Of a stretch of 64,000 bases of DNA, positions 1 to 8,502 are shown piece by piece; within the stretch, counting starts at the first letter, position 1, and every line of letters starts with the position of its first letter. Made by a program: the position numbers and the translations under genes. The notes beneath the pieces are model-generated. The model did no database searches, had not been told where the DNA came from, and saw nothing but the letters and a program-made list of their open reading frames with translations. Origin of the DNA: Sphingopyxis sp. (GTDB lineage Bacteria > Pseudomonadota > Alphaproteobacteria > Sphingomonadales > Sphingomonadaceae); the NCBI RefSeq assembly GCF_050725615.1, contig NZ_JBOHHU010000004.1, positions 17,096 through 81,095 on the forward strand, read 5' to 3'.

Positions 1-725
1 GCCCAGACCGCAATGACGACCGACCCGACGATGCCGATCACCGGGTCGAGCCACACCCAGCCGAGATAGCGCCCGCCGAGCAAGGCCGCGATCGCCATCA
101 CCGACGTCAAGGCGTCGGCGAGGACATGGACATAGGCCGAGCGCATATTGTTATCGCTGTGGCGCGCGGGCCTCGCGTGGTCATGGTGGTGATCGTCGTG
201 ATCGTGATCGTGATCGTGGTCGTGCGCGTGGTGGTGGCCGTGGCTATGGCCCGGGCCATGGCTGTGCCCGCCGCCGAGCAGCACGGCGCAGACGATGTTC
301 ACGACCAGGCCGACCGCGGCCACGACCGTGGCGTCCATGAAATCGACCGGGCGCGGATCGATCAGCCGCTGCGCCGATTCAAACGCGATGCCGAGCGCGA
401 CGACGCCGAGGATCAACGCCGAGGCGAAGCCCGCGAGATCGCCGACCTTGCCGGTGCCGAAGCTGTAGCGCGGGTTGCGGGCGTGCTTGCGCGCATAGGC
501 ATAGGCGATGGCGGCGATGCCGAGCGCGCCCGCGTGGGTGGCCATATGGAAACCGTCGGCGAGCAGCGCCATCGAGTTGAAGGCGAATCCCGCGACGATC
601 TCCGCCACCATCATCACCGCCGTGATCGCGACGACCCACAGGGTGCGGCGGCCATTTTCGTCATGGCCCGCGCCGAGGAAGACATGATCGTGGGTCAGGT
701 CGTTGATCTGACTATCGAAAGACAT
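1..725 (-). CDS. dmeF: CDF family Co/Ni(II) efflux transporter, DmeF type (3' end runs off the window)
   Basis: Not in the ORF track; translated by hand from ATG at 725: MSFDSQINDLTHDHVFLGAGHDENGRRTLWVVAIT..SMALLADGFHMATH..SFGTGKVGDLAGFAS..His-rich loop..DNNMRSAYVHVLADALTS..WLDP. AAGGA RBS upstream. Confidence 0.9.
   Translation of the reverse strand, partial: MSFDSQINDLTHDHVFLGAGHDENGRRTLWVVAITAVMMVAEIVAGFAFNSMALLADGFHMATHAGALGIAAIAYAYARKHARNPRYSFGTGKVGDLAGFASALILGVVALGIAFESAQRLIDPRPVDFMDATVVAAVGLVVNIVCAVLLGGGHSHGPGHSHGHHHAHDHDHDHDHDDHHHDHARPARHSDNNMRSAYVHVLADALTSVMAIAALLGGRYLGWVWLDPVIGIVGSVVIAVW
189..221. repeat. Imperfect 6-bp tandem repeat (GTGATC)n encoding the HDHDHDHD part of the DmeF His-rich loop
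   Basis: gtgatc gtc gtgatc gtgatc gtgatc gtggtc read directly. Confidence 0.85.
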
Positions 726-756
726 AAGCCGCGATCCTTCTTGTCCGCCCGCCATC

Positions 757-1326
757 CTATAGCCAGCCTGCGGTCTGCGCCAAGACCCAGATGCCGATGA
801 CGAGGAACAGGCCCGCAGCGACCCGTCGCACCGTATCGAGATTGACGCGCTTGAGCAGGGCGTGGCCGAGGAAGATAGCGGGAACATTGGCGATCATCAT
901 GCCGATGGTGGTGCCCGTCGTGACGAGCAGGACGCTGTGATATTGGGCACCGAGCGCGATCGTCGCGACCTGGGTCTTGTCGCCCATCTCGACGAGGAAG
1001 AAGGCGATCAGCGTGGTCAGGAAAGCGCCGAAGCGCGGCTTGGGGGCTTCGTCGTCGTCGAACTTGTCGGGGACGAGGGTCCAGGCGGCCATGGCAATGA
1101 AGCTCGCGCCGATCGCATAGCGGAAGACCGGGCTGTCGAGGAACGAAGCTGCGGACGCGCCGAGCAGCGCGGCGAGCGCATGGTTGGCAAGGGTGGCGAA
1201 GAGGATGCCGAGGATGATCGGCACCGGCTTGTTGAAGCGCGTCGCGAGCAGGATTGCGAGCAATTGCGTCTTGTCGCCGATCTCGGCGAGCGCGACGACG
1301 GCGGTCGAGGTGAAGAGAGCTTCCAT
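757..1326 (-). CDS. TMEM165/GDT1 (UPF0016) family Mn2+/Ca2+ exporter
   Basis: Two E-x-G-D-K-T-Q motifs (AEIGDKTQ, VEMGDKTQ). Real start MEALFTS at 1326 with GGAG RBS; the ORF-track extension to 1476 runs through the riboswitch. Confidence 0.93.
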   Translation of the reverse strand: MEALFTSTAVVALAEIGDKTQLLAILLATRFNKPVPIILGILFATLANHALAALLGASAASFLDSPVFRYAIGASFIAMAAWTLVPDKFDDDEAPKPRFGAFLTTLIAFFLVEMGDKTQVATIALGAQYHSVLLVTTGTTIGMMIANVPAIFLGHALLKRVNLDTVRRVAAGLFLVIGIWVLAQTAGWL

Positions 1327-1334
1327 AAAAGGAC

Positions 1335-1393
1335 TCCGGGGCCGGGCGGCGTTGCGATTCCAACGGACATCGAAACCCGCCGCCCGGCCCGGA
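1335..1393 (-). promoter_or_regulatory. Riboswitch expression-platform hairpin (16-bp stem, one bulge) covering part of the SD of the TMEM165 gene
   Basis: mRNA UCCGGGCCGGGCGGCG...CGCCGCCCGGCCCCGGA-GUCCUUUU-AUG; the GGA of the GGAG SD is in the 3' arm. Confidence 0.65.
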
Positions 1394-1405
1394 CGTGGGG
1401 TCGAT

Positions 1406-1520
1406 GCCATTGGTCTCGCCCAAGCGGTATTCCCGCTTCCACCGCACCACGGCCTCTCGACCGAGTATGTTGACACGATGGCCCGTCCCGAACGGACGGC
1501 TGGCTACTCCCCAGATGACT
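1406..1520 (-). ncRNA. yybP-ykoY manganese riboswitch aptamer
   Basis: Minus strand has the family hallmarks GGGGAGUAGC, UGUCAACAUACU and GGCGAGACC. P1 GUCAUCUGG/CCAAUGGC can pair. Directly upstream of a TMEM165/GDT1 gene, a known context for this riboswitch. Confidence 0.9.
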
Positions 1521-1734
1521 TGGGCGCGGTAGCGGGCGGAGCGCCGGGAGGCAAGGCCTTTGGCGTCCCCTCCCCCGCCTCGCGTGCGGCCTTGTCGGCG
1601 GCGGCGATGTCGGCGTCCATCGCCTTGGCGCGCGCCCCGATTTCCTTTTCCGCCTTGTCGAAGCGATCCTCGAACTTCGGCTCTTCCTTGCAAGCGGCGA
1701 GGAGCAAGGGCAGGAGGATGAGCGCGGCGCGCAT
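1504..1734 (-). CDS. Small lipoprotein of unknown function
   Basis: Lipobox LLAAC after a hydrophobic stretch; ATG overlaps the tamB stop (TGATG). Confidence 0.75.
   Translation of the reverse strand: MRAALILLPLLLAACKEEPKFEDRFDKAEKEIGARAKAMDADIAAADKAAREAGEGTPKALPPGAPPATAPKSSGE
1526..1554 (-). promoter_or_regulatory. Putative sigma70 promoter for the riboswitch leader, inside the lipoprotein CDS
   Basis: TTG(1554-1552)-N18-GCTACCGC(1533-1526) fits the Caulobacter-type TTG-N18-GCTA consensus; predicted TSS about 1520, the aptamer 5' end. Confidence 0.6.
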
Positions 1735-4700
1735 CAATAATCCTTGCGGTAACGGATGCTGAAATTGGTCTGGCCCGACCCGCCCGCCTGGCTGAGGATC
1801 GAGAGCGCCGGGGTCAGGCTGATCTCGAGCTGGGTCGCGGTATAGCCGCGGCCGTCGGTGATGACCTCGAGATAGATGTCGTTGGTGATATGCTGGCCGG
1901 CGGCGAGCGCGGTGCCCCGTCCTTGCGTGTCGTCGGGGCCGAGGACGCGCAGCCGGTCGATACCCGTCGCCGACTGCAGCGCGCCGAGCGGGCTCAGGCC
2001 GCCGCTGCCGCGCAGGCTGTTGAGCGAGGCGGCGAGTTGCACCGCCTGCAGCGGTGACAGCGCGGTGATCGAATCGCCGAACAGGATGCGCGACACGATC
2101 TCGTCCTGCGGCAGGCCGGGGACGCTGGAGAAGGCGATTTGCGGATTCTGTGCGCGGCCCGAGACATTGACGGTGACCGTCACATTCTCGATCGTGTCGC
2201 TCGCGATCAGGCGGATCGACGGATCATAGGCGTCGCCGGTCGGGAAGGTCACCCGCCCTTCCTGCAATTCGAACGACCGGCCCGCGAAGCCCAGGGTGCC
2301 GCGCACGAGCTCGATCTCGCCAGTGACGCGCGGCGCCTGCGTCGTGCCTTTCAGCGTCACATCGGCCATCCATTCGGATTCGAGCCCCATGCCGTTGACA
2401 TAGATCTCGTCGCCCGCCCGCAGGTGGATATCGAGACGGATGAGGTCGAACAGGCTGGTTCCGACGGCGGCGAGGCCGTCGCCGCTGATCCGCGCGCGGC
2501 CCGCCGGCGGCTTGCGGCGGATGCCGGTGAGCACGGGGACGCTGGCAGCGCCCTGGCGGACGATCTTGTAGCGCGTTTCGGGGAGCCGCAGATCGCCCGA
2601 GAGCAGCGCGGTCTGCCCCGCGACCTTTTCGAGCGTCAGATTGCCGGTAGCGCGGGCCGAGAGGTCGTCGCTGCGCGCGAGGCGGGCATTGTCGAGCACC
2701 GCATCGATCTTCATCGGATAGCCGCTCGCGGCGGCGAGGCTGACATAGCCCGACGCCTTGACCGTGCCGTCGCCGGCGGTCGCGGTGAGCTGTTCGATCT
2801 CGATCCGGTCGCCCGAGAAGCGGCCGTTCACCACCATGTTGGTCAGGCGCGTGCCATAGGTGATATTCTCATAGGACAGCGCATTGCCGCGAATGACGCC
2901 GTCGAGGCAGGGCGCCGACAGGCGGCAGCTGAAATCGGCGGCGACGGCGATCGGCCCAGCCAGCCGCTGGTCGCCCGAACCGACGAAGGAGAAGAGCGTG
3001 TCGGCGGGGCCGTTGTAACGGATGCCGCCCGACAGCGGCGCGGCCTGCAGGCGGGTCGTCCAGTCGCCGCTGCCCGGTGGCAGCGGGCGGAGCGAGGCCT
3101 GGAGGCGCCCGATGACGCTGCCGCGCTTGCGCATCACCGCGCTCGCCGCGCCGCCGTCGGCGAGCAATTTGCCGGCGAAATTGACGTCGACCGGCTGGCT
3201 GACCGTCGCGGCGGTGGTGCGCGTGAAGCCGGTGATCGTGAGGCGGGCATCGGCGCGCGGGAAACTGGTGCTGCTCGCCTGTTCGAAATCGACGCTGCCG
3301 GTCGCGCGGCCGCCAAGGCCCATGTCGGGATAGACGGCATTGAGCAGCGACAGGTTGACGCGGTCGAGGCGGCTCTGGAGCATGATGCCTTCGCCAAAGC
3401 GCCCGGCGAGCCGCGCGCTGCTGCCGCGTCCGAAATCGACATTGGTCGGGAGCAGTTCGTAATCATCCTTGCCGGGAATGATGCGCGCCGGACTGGTGGT
3501 CCGGAAATTGATCCCCGTCGCGCGGCCCTGCACCGATGCGTGCCAGAGGTTCGGCGCGAGATCGGCGTTGGCGGCGACGCGGAAGGGCACGCCGCTTGTG
3601 CCCTCGACCAGCGCCTGCGCCTTGCCCGCGCCATTCTGATAATCGATCTTCACCCGGCCGACCGCGACATCGACGTTGCGGATGCGTGTCTGCGCGATCT
3701 GAATGTCGGCGATGACGCGCGGACGATCGTAGAGGACGACGTCGGCATCGACGATCGCCGAGCCGATCGCCAATTGGGCGGGACCGGGCAGCACGACATT
3801 GTTGGCGCGCACGTTGATCGCCGCGGCCTGATATTTGCCGGCGGCGCTCAGCCGGACGAGGCCGCCAAGCCCCTGCCCCGAGGCGTCGAGCTGGCCGACG
3901 AAAGGCCCGGCGGCGCTCTGGACGAGGCGGCCCTTGAAACCGATGCCCGACAGGTCGCCGCGCTCGACGTCGATGGTCAGCGGCCCCTTGGCGGTGAGCA
4001 ATACGACATCGGCGGCGAGCGGACCATAATCGGTGTCGCCGGTCGCCGCGAGGCGGTAGCCGCCGGTCGCGCCGGTGATCCGCGCGACGAGATTCTGGAG
4101 GCCGATGCCGAGCCCCGGGCGGTCGGCGGTGAGCGTCGCGCGCGGATCGGTGATCGTGCCCGCGAGTTGCAGCCCGAGCGGGCCGTACTCGGTCGAGGAG
4201 GCGCGCGCGGTCAGCTGGATCTGGCCATTGGGGTTATAAGTCCCCTGCCCGCTGGTAACGCGCATGAGCGGCGCGTTGAGACGGAGATTGGCGAAGCGGA
4301 TGATGCCGTCGGTGCCATATCGTACGTCGCCCGACGCCACGGCATTGCCGCCGAGCACATTGCGCACGCCGGAATTGAATAATTGGGTCGAGCGCGCGCG
4401 GACGCGGCCGACGATTTCGAACCCGCCATTGGGCGCGGTCTTCAAATCGGCGTCGGTGTCGATGTCGAAGATGCCGACGCTTTCGATGCGATAATCGTCG
4501 ATCCGCCCGTCGATCGCGCCGGTGTAGAAGCCGCGATTGAGGTCGGCGATCAGGATCGCCTTGGCGTCGATGCGGCTCGATTTCAGGCGCATATTGTCGC
4601 TGAGCAGGCGGCCGTCCTTGTACGCGAGGTCGCCGTCGAGGCGGACGTTCACCAGCGTGCCGCCGGCGACGACATCGAGCCCGCGAATGCGCGTCGCGCG

Positions 4701-5963
4701 GCCCGCGACGGGGATGAATATCTGGTCGGGATCGACGCGGGCCTTCCCTGACAGGGTCAGCGCCTCGATCACGATATCGTTGACCGCAAGGCTGATGGCG
4801 TTCGCCTGATAGTCGACCGTGGGCAGGGCAAAGGCGCCGTCGAGCCGGGCCTGCGCGCGCAGCCCGCTGCCGCGCACATAAGGTGCGATGGCGCCGGGCT
4901 TGAGCAGGACGAAAGCGACCTGCAGCCCGTCATAGCGGCTGGCGCCGAGGTCGATGCCGCCGCTCAGCCCGACGCGTGCGGCGTCGGACGACAGGCGGCC
5001 ATCGAGGTCGACCTTGCGTTCGTTCAGCCGTGCGGTGAGGTCGATCGCGGTTTCGGTGCCGAGCATATCGGCAACGGGGCCGGCGGCGAGCAGGCGCGAC
5101 GGCTGCGCGGTGCCCTTGACCGCGAAAATGCCGTCGCGCGCGGCGAGGCCGAGGCGCGCGAGCGGCTGGGCGCCGAGATTGCCGGTGAGCGTACCGGTCC
5201 AGGCTTTCCAGTCGCCCTTGCCCGACAGCTTGGCTGTCAGCGGTTCCTTGAAGCCGCCCATCGCGGCGAGGACGCCGCCCCGCGGGGCGTTGATATCCAT
5301 GTCGATCGCGAGGCGGTTGGATTCGGGCACCGCGTCGAGGATGAGCGCGAGCTTGTCGCCCTTGGCATCGCTACCGATGGTCTCGGCATTGGCGGAGATC
5401 TGTGCACGGCGGTCGGCGATCGCGACCTTGCCCGTCAGGTGCGCTTCCTGTCGCTGGCCGGCAACGGGGGCCTCGAAGACGAAGCGGTCGACCTGCAATC
5501 TGGCGACGTCGATATCGATGTCGGGCAGCAGCGGCTCGCCGGTGTCCGGAACGGGTTTGAACCCCGGAATCCGCCCCATCGTGACCGTCTGTGCCGTCGC
5601 CGACCGGATATCGATATGGTTCGAAAAATAGGCGAAGGGCCGCCAGTCGACCTTGACCTCGGGCGAGCGCAGGAACACCCCCTTGGTATCCGACAGCGTC
5701 AGGTCGCGGATCGACATCGCGCCGAACAGCGACCCGTCGAGGCGGCCGATGCCGATCTTCATCCCGTTTTCGAATTCATATTTTTCGATCTGGGTGACGA
5801 CGAACCGGCGACCCGCATCGCTGTTGAGCCCGATGAGAAAGAGCCCGATCAGCGCGATCAGGCCGCCGATCGTGATGCCGACGCCGCGGGCGATGCGGCG
5901 CAGCCAGGGCGCTTTGGCCTTTGGCGGTGGCGGACTATCGTCGAAGGCGGCGTCGTCCGCCAT
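1734..5963 (-). CDS. tamB: Translocation/assembly module TamB
   Basis: 1409 aa, N-terminal TM anchor, beta-taco repeats, DUF490-like C-terminus ending RYRKDY; adjacent to tamA. Confidence 0.9.
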   Translation of the reverse strand: MADDAAFDDSPPPPKAKAPWLRRIARGVGITIGGLIALIGLFLIGLNSDAGRRFVVTQIEKYEFENGMKIGIGRLDGSLFGAMSIRDLTLSDTKGVFLRSPEVKVDWRPFAYFSNHIDIRSATAQTVTMGRIPGFKPVPDTGEPLLPDIDIDVARLQVDRFVFEAPVAGQRQEAHLTGKVAIADRRAQISANAETIGSDAKGDKLALILDAVPESNRLAIDMDINAPRGGVLAAMGGFKEPLTAKLSGKGDWKAWTGTLTGNLGAQPLARLGLAARDGIFAVKGTAQPSRLLAAGPVADMLGTETAIDLTARLNERKVDLDGRLSSDAARVGLSGGIDLGASRYDGLQVAFVLLKPGAIAPYVRGSGLRAQARLDGAFALPTVDYQANAISLAVNDIVIEALTLSGKARVDPDQIFIPVAGRATRIRGLDVVAGGTLVNVRLDGDLAYKDGRLLSDNMRLKSSRIDAKAILIADLNRGFYTGAIDGRIDDYRIESVGIFDIDTDADLKTAPNGGFEIVGRVRARSTQLFNSGVRNVLGGNAVASGDVRYGTDGIIRFANLRLNAPLMRVTSGQGTYNPNGQIQLTARASSTEYGPLGLQLAGTITDPRATLTADRPGLGIGLQNLVARITGATGGYRLAATGDTDYGPLAADVVLLTAKGPLTIDVERGDLSGIGFKGRLVQSAAGPFVGQLDASGQGLGGLVRLSAAGKYQAAAINVRANNVVLPGPAQLAIGSAIVDADVVLYDRPRVIADIQIAQTRIRNVDVAVGRVKIDYQNGAGKAQALVEGTSGVPFRVAANADLAPNLWHASVQGRATGINFRTTSPARIIPGKDDYELLPTNVDFGRGSSARLAGRFGEGIMLQSRLDRVNLSLLNAVYPDMGLGGRATGSVDFEQASSTSFPRADARLTITGFTRTTAATVSQPVDVNFAGKLLADGGAASAVMRKRGSVIGRLQASLRPLPPGSGDWTTRLQAAPLSGGIRYNGPADTLFSFVGSGDQRLAGPIAVAADFSCRLSAPCLDGVIRGNALSYENITYGTRLTNMVVNGRFSGDRIEIEQLTATAGDGTVKASGYVSLAAASGYPMKIDAVLDNARLARSDDLSARATGNLTLEKVAGQTALLSGDLRLPETRYKIVRQGAASVPVLTGIRRKPPAGRARISGDGLAAVGTSLFDLIRLDIHLRAGDEIYVNGMGLESEWMADVTLKGTTQAPRVTGEIELVRGTLGFAGRSFELQEGRVTFPTGDAYDPSIRLIASDTIENVTVTVNVSGRAQNPQIAFSSVPGLPQDEIVSRILFGDSITALSPLQAVQLAASLNSLRGSGGLSPLGALQSATGIDRLRVLGPDDTQGRGTALAAGQHITNDIYLEVITDGRGYTATQLEISLTPALSILSQAGGSGQTNFSIRYRKDY

Positions 5964-8350
5964 CAGAAAGCCTGTCCGATCGAGACATAGACGCTGACCC
6001 GCGCTTCACCCGGCTGGCGGTTGATCGGGGTCGCGACGTCAAGGCGCATCGGGCCGAAATTGGTGTAGAAACGCCCGCCGATGCCCGCGCCATAGCGCAG
6101 GTTCGAAAAGTCCGGCGTCGATCCCCGATAGACCTGCCCCGCATCGACGAAGCCGACGATGCCATAGTGGCCGAAGCGATAGCGCGCCTCGACCGCCGCC
6201 TCGTTGACACTGCGGCCGCCGATCGGGTCGTTATTGGGGTCCATGGGGCCGAGCTGCTGGTAACCGAAGCCGCGCACCGACCCGCCGCCACCGGCATAGA
6301 AGCGCCGCGACGGCGCCAGATTGTCGCGCGAAGCTCCGAGGATCGAACCGACGCGAACGCGCCCGGCGAGCACGATGCTGTCGGTCACCGGATAATAGCC
6401 GCTGACGTCGACGCGCGCGCGTGCATAGGGTGAAAAATGGCCGCTCAGCGAGCCCTCGGGCTGGAGCAGGCCGGTGATGCGGAAGCCCTTGGTCGGGTTG
6501 AGCAGGCTGTCGCTGCGGTCGATGCCGAGCTGGCCGGTCAGACCCGCGATATAATAGACGCTGCGGGTGCGGGTGGCGAGGAGGAAGCTGTAGTCATCCT
6601 CGCTCGTGGCGATCAGGTCGAGGCCATAGGAATAGGTGATCTTCTTTTGCCAGATCGGGGTGGATTCGCGGCTGACGCGAAAGCCGACGCGGCCGGTGAT
6701 CGCCTCGAAGGCGTCGTAATTGCTGTGCGACGCTTCGGCGGCTAGCTCGAAGGTGCGGTCGCGGCGCCCGGCGTTCGAGCGGCGGAAGGTGACGCCCAGC
6801 GCCTGTTCCTGCGTGCCCGCGAGACCACGGACGATCAGCGCGCCTTCGGGTGGGAAGAGGTTGCGGTGGGTCCAGCTGCCTTCGACGCGGATGCCCTGGC
6901 CGGTGCCATAGCCCGCGCTGGCCGCCAGGGTGCGCGGCGGGCCGGCTTCCTGCGTCACCAGCATCGTCACATATTCGGTGTCGTCGCCTGCGCTCTCGCC
7001 GGTCTTTTGCGGTTCGACCGAGACGGTCGCGAACAGGCCGGTGGCGACGAGCGCCTGGCGCAGGTCGTCGGCCCTGCGGCTGTCGTAGAGATCGCCGCGC
7101 TTGAAGCGGGCGAGCAGTTCCACATGCTCGACGTCGAAGGCGAGTTTGCCGCCGGTCTCGAACCCGCCGAAACGGGCGCGGGGACCGATGTCGACCGGCA
7201 GGGTGTAGACCCCGTCGCCGGTCGCGCCGTCGAGCAAGATGTCGCGCTGGCCGACGGTGGCGAAGGGATAGCCCTCCTCGGGCAGCTTCAATGCAATGGC
7301 CGCTTCGGCGCCCTGGACGCGCTGCGCGACGATGGGTTCGCCGATAAGGAGCGGGAAATTATCCTTGATGAGCGTCGGCGGCACCGTGGGGGCGGCGTTG
7401 ATGACGATGTCCGACAGGGTGTAGCGCTGGCCGGGCACGACATCGATGATCGCGATCAGCGGGCGGCGCTGGCGCGGCGTTTCGGGCGGGGCTTCGCCGC
7501 CGGCCGTTGCGGGCGTCGCTGCGCCCTGGCCACGGCCGCCGCCCTGCCCGCCACCCTGACCGTCGCCGCCGCGGTCGAGGCGGGTATCGACCTGCGCATC
7601 ATAATAGCCCTCGGAGGCGAGGATGCGGCGCATCAGGTCGGCATCGGCGGTCAGCCGCGCGCGGACCATCGCGGCGTTGGCGGCCTCGCCGTCGCCATCG
7701 TAGAGCGCCGACAGGTCGCCGAACAGGTCGGCGAGATCGGCGTCGGTGCCGTCGTCGGCGGGTGCGAGCCCGTTGACCTGGACGGTGTAGGCGATCTTGA
7801 CATTGTCGTCGGCGGATTCGGGTTCGGCGAATTCGACCGGTTCGACGTTGAACCGGTCGAGCGGCGGCAAGGGCGCGGCGAGTTCGGCGTCGGTGATCGG
7901 CGCGTCGCCGATCGCCTCGACCGCGTCGGCGTCGGCGAGCGCGGGGGTCGGCGCCGGTTCGGAACCCGGCACGACCTGCCCTTCCGATGCGGCCTTGGCC
8001 GCCTGGCGGCGTTCAAATTCGGCAATGGATTCGAGCGGGACGTCGAGTTCGGGGTCGTCCTCCGCAGAAATCTTCGGGATCGCGCGGTCGAATTCGTCAT
8101 CCTCGATGATCGGTTCGACCTTGGGAAATTGCGCGTCGGGCGGTGGCGGGGTGGGTTTCGCCATCCCGGTATCGGGCGCGGTTTCAGGGTTCGCCGTTTC
8201 GGTCACCGGCGGTGGTTGTACAGCGTCCTGCGCGTGTGCGGTCGCCGCAGCGAGGCAGAGCAACGAGGCCGACAGCGCGAACGCGGGGCGCAGCGGGGCG
8301 ACCGCCGCGGGCCAGCGGATCGATTCACGAAGGTTTTCAGAATCTTGCAT
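5963..8350 (-). CDS. tamA: Autotransporter assembly Omp85 protein TamA
   Basis: Signal peptide, POTRA-like region, barrel with RFYAGGGGSVRGFGYQ motif and C-terminal IGQAF. Confidence 0.9.
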   Translation of the reverse strand: MQDSENLRESIRWPAAVAPLRPAFALSASLLCLAAATAHAQDAVQPPPVTETANPETAPDTGMAKPTPPPPDAQFPKVEPIIEDDEFDRAIPKISAEDDPELDVPLESIAEFERRQAAKAASEGQVVPGSEPAPTPALADADAVEAIGDAPITDAELAAPLPPLDRFNVEPVEFAEPESADDNVKIAYTVQVNGLAPADDGTDADLADLFGDLSALYDGDGEAANAAMVRARLTADADLMRRILASEGYYDAQVDTRLDRGGDGQGGGQGGGRGQGAATPATAGGEAPPETPRQRRPLIAIIDVVPGQRYTLSDIVINAAPTVPPTLIKDNFPLLIGEPIVAQRVQGAEAAIALKLPEEGYPFATVGQRDILLDGATGDGVYTLPVDIGPRARFGGFETGGKLAFDVEHVELLARFKRGDLYDSRRADDLRQALVATGLFATVSVEPQKTGESAGDDTEYVTMLVTQEAGPPRTLAASAGYGTGQGIRVEGSWTHRNLFPPEGALIVRGLAGTQEQALGVTFRRSNAGRRDRTFELAAEASHSNYDAFEAITGRVGFRVSRESTPIWQKKITYSYGLDLIATSEDDYSFLLATRTRSVYYIAGLTGQLGIDRSDSLLNPTKGFRITGLLQPEGSLSGHFSPYARARVDVSGYYPVTDSIVLAGRVRVGSILGASRDNLAPSRRFYAGGGGSVRGFGYQQLGPMDPNNDPIGGRSVNEAAVEARYRFGHYGIVGFVDAGQVYRGSTPDFSNLRYGAGIGGRFYTNFGPMRLDVATPINRQPGEARVSVYVSIGQAF

Positions 8351-8502
8351 CTGCTACCCGCTACCAAATGCGCTTCTGTCCGCTGGCGTCCAGCGGCGCA
8401 ACCAGATTCTGGCGGATTTGCGACGACTTGCGGTGCGATACGGAAGCCCGCCGCTCTCGCAACCTGGCGATAGGTCCGGGGTCCCCGTCCGCCGGCGGCC
8501 GA

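Noticed and set aside
1327-1476. N-terminal extension of the TMEM165 ORF (MSTYSVERPW...) as a possible leader peptide
   Set aside because: It runs through the riboswitch aptamer; the family N-terminus and RBS place the start at 1326.
2139-4382. Long opposite-strand ORFs in the track (also 6866-8473, 20416-23379, 43558-45804, 53787-56900, 60554-62854)
   Set aside because: Antisense shadows of well-supported genes, expected from stop-codon scarcity in high-GC coding DNA; no recognisable motifs.
7490-7580. Gly/Gln-rich insert in TamA (GGDGQGGGQGGGRGQG)
   Set aside because: Short in-frame low-complexity linker; no evidence of a distinct function.
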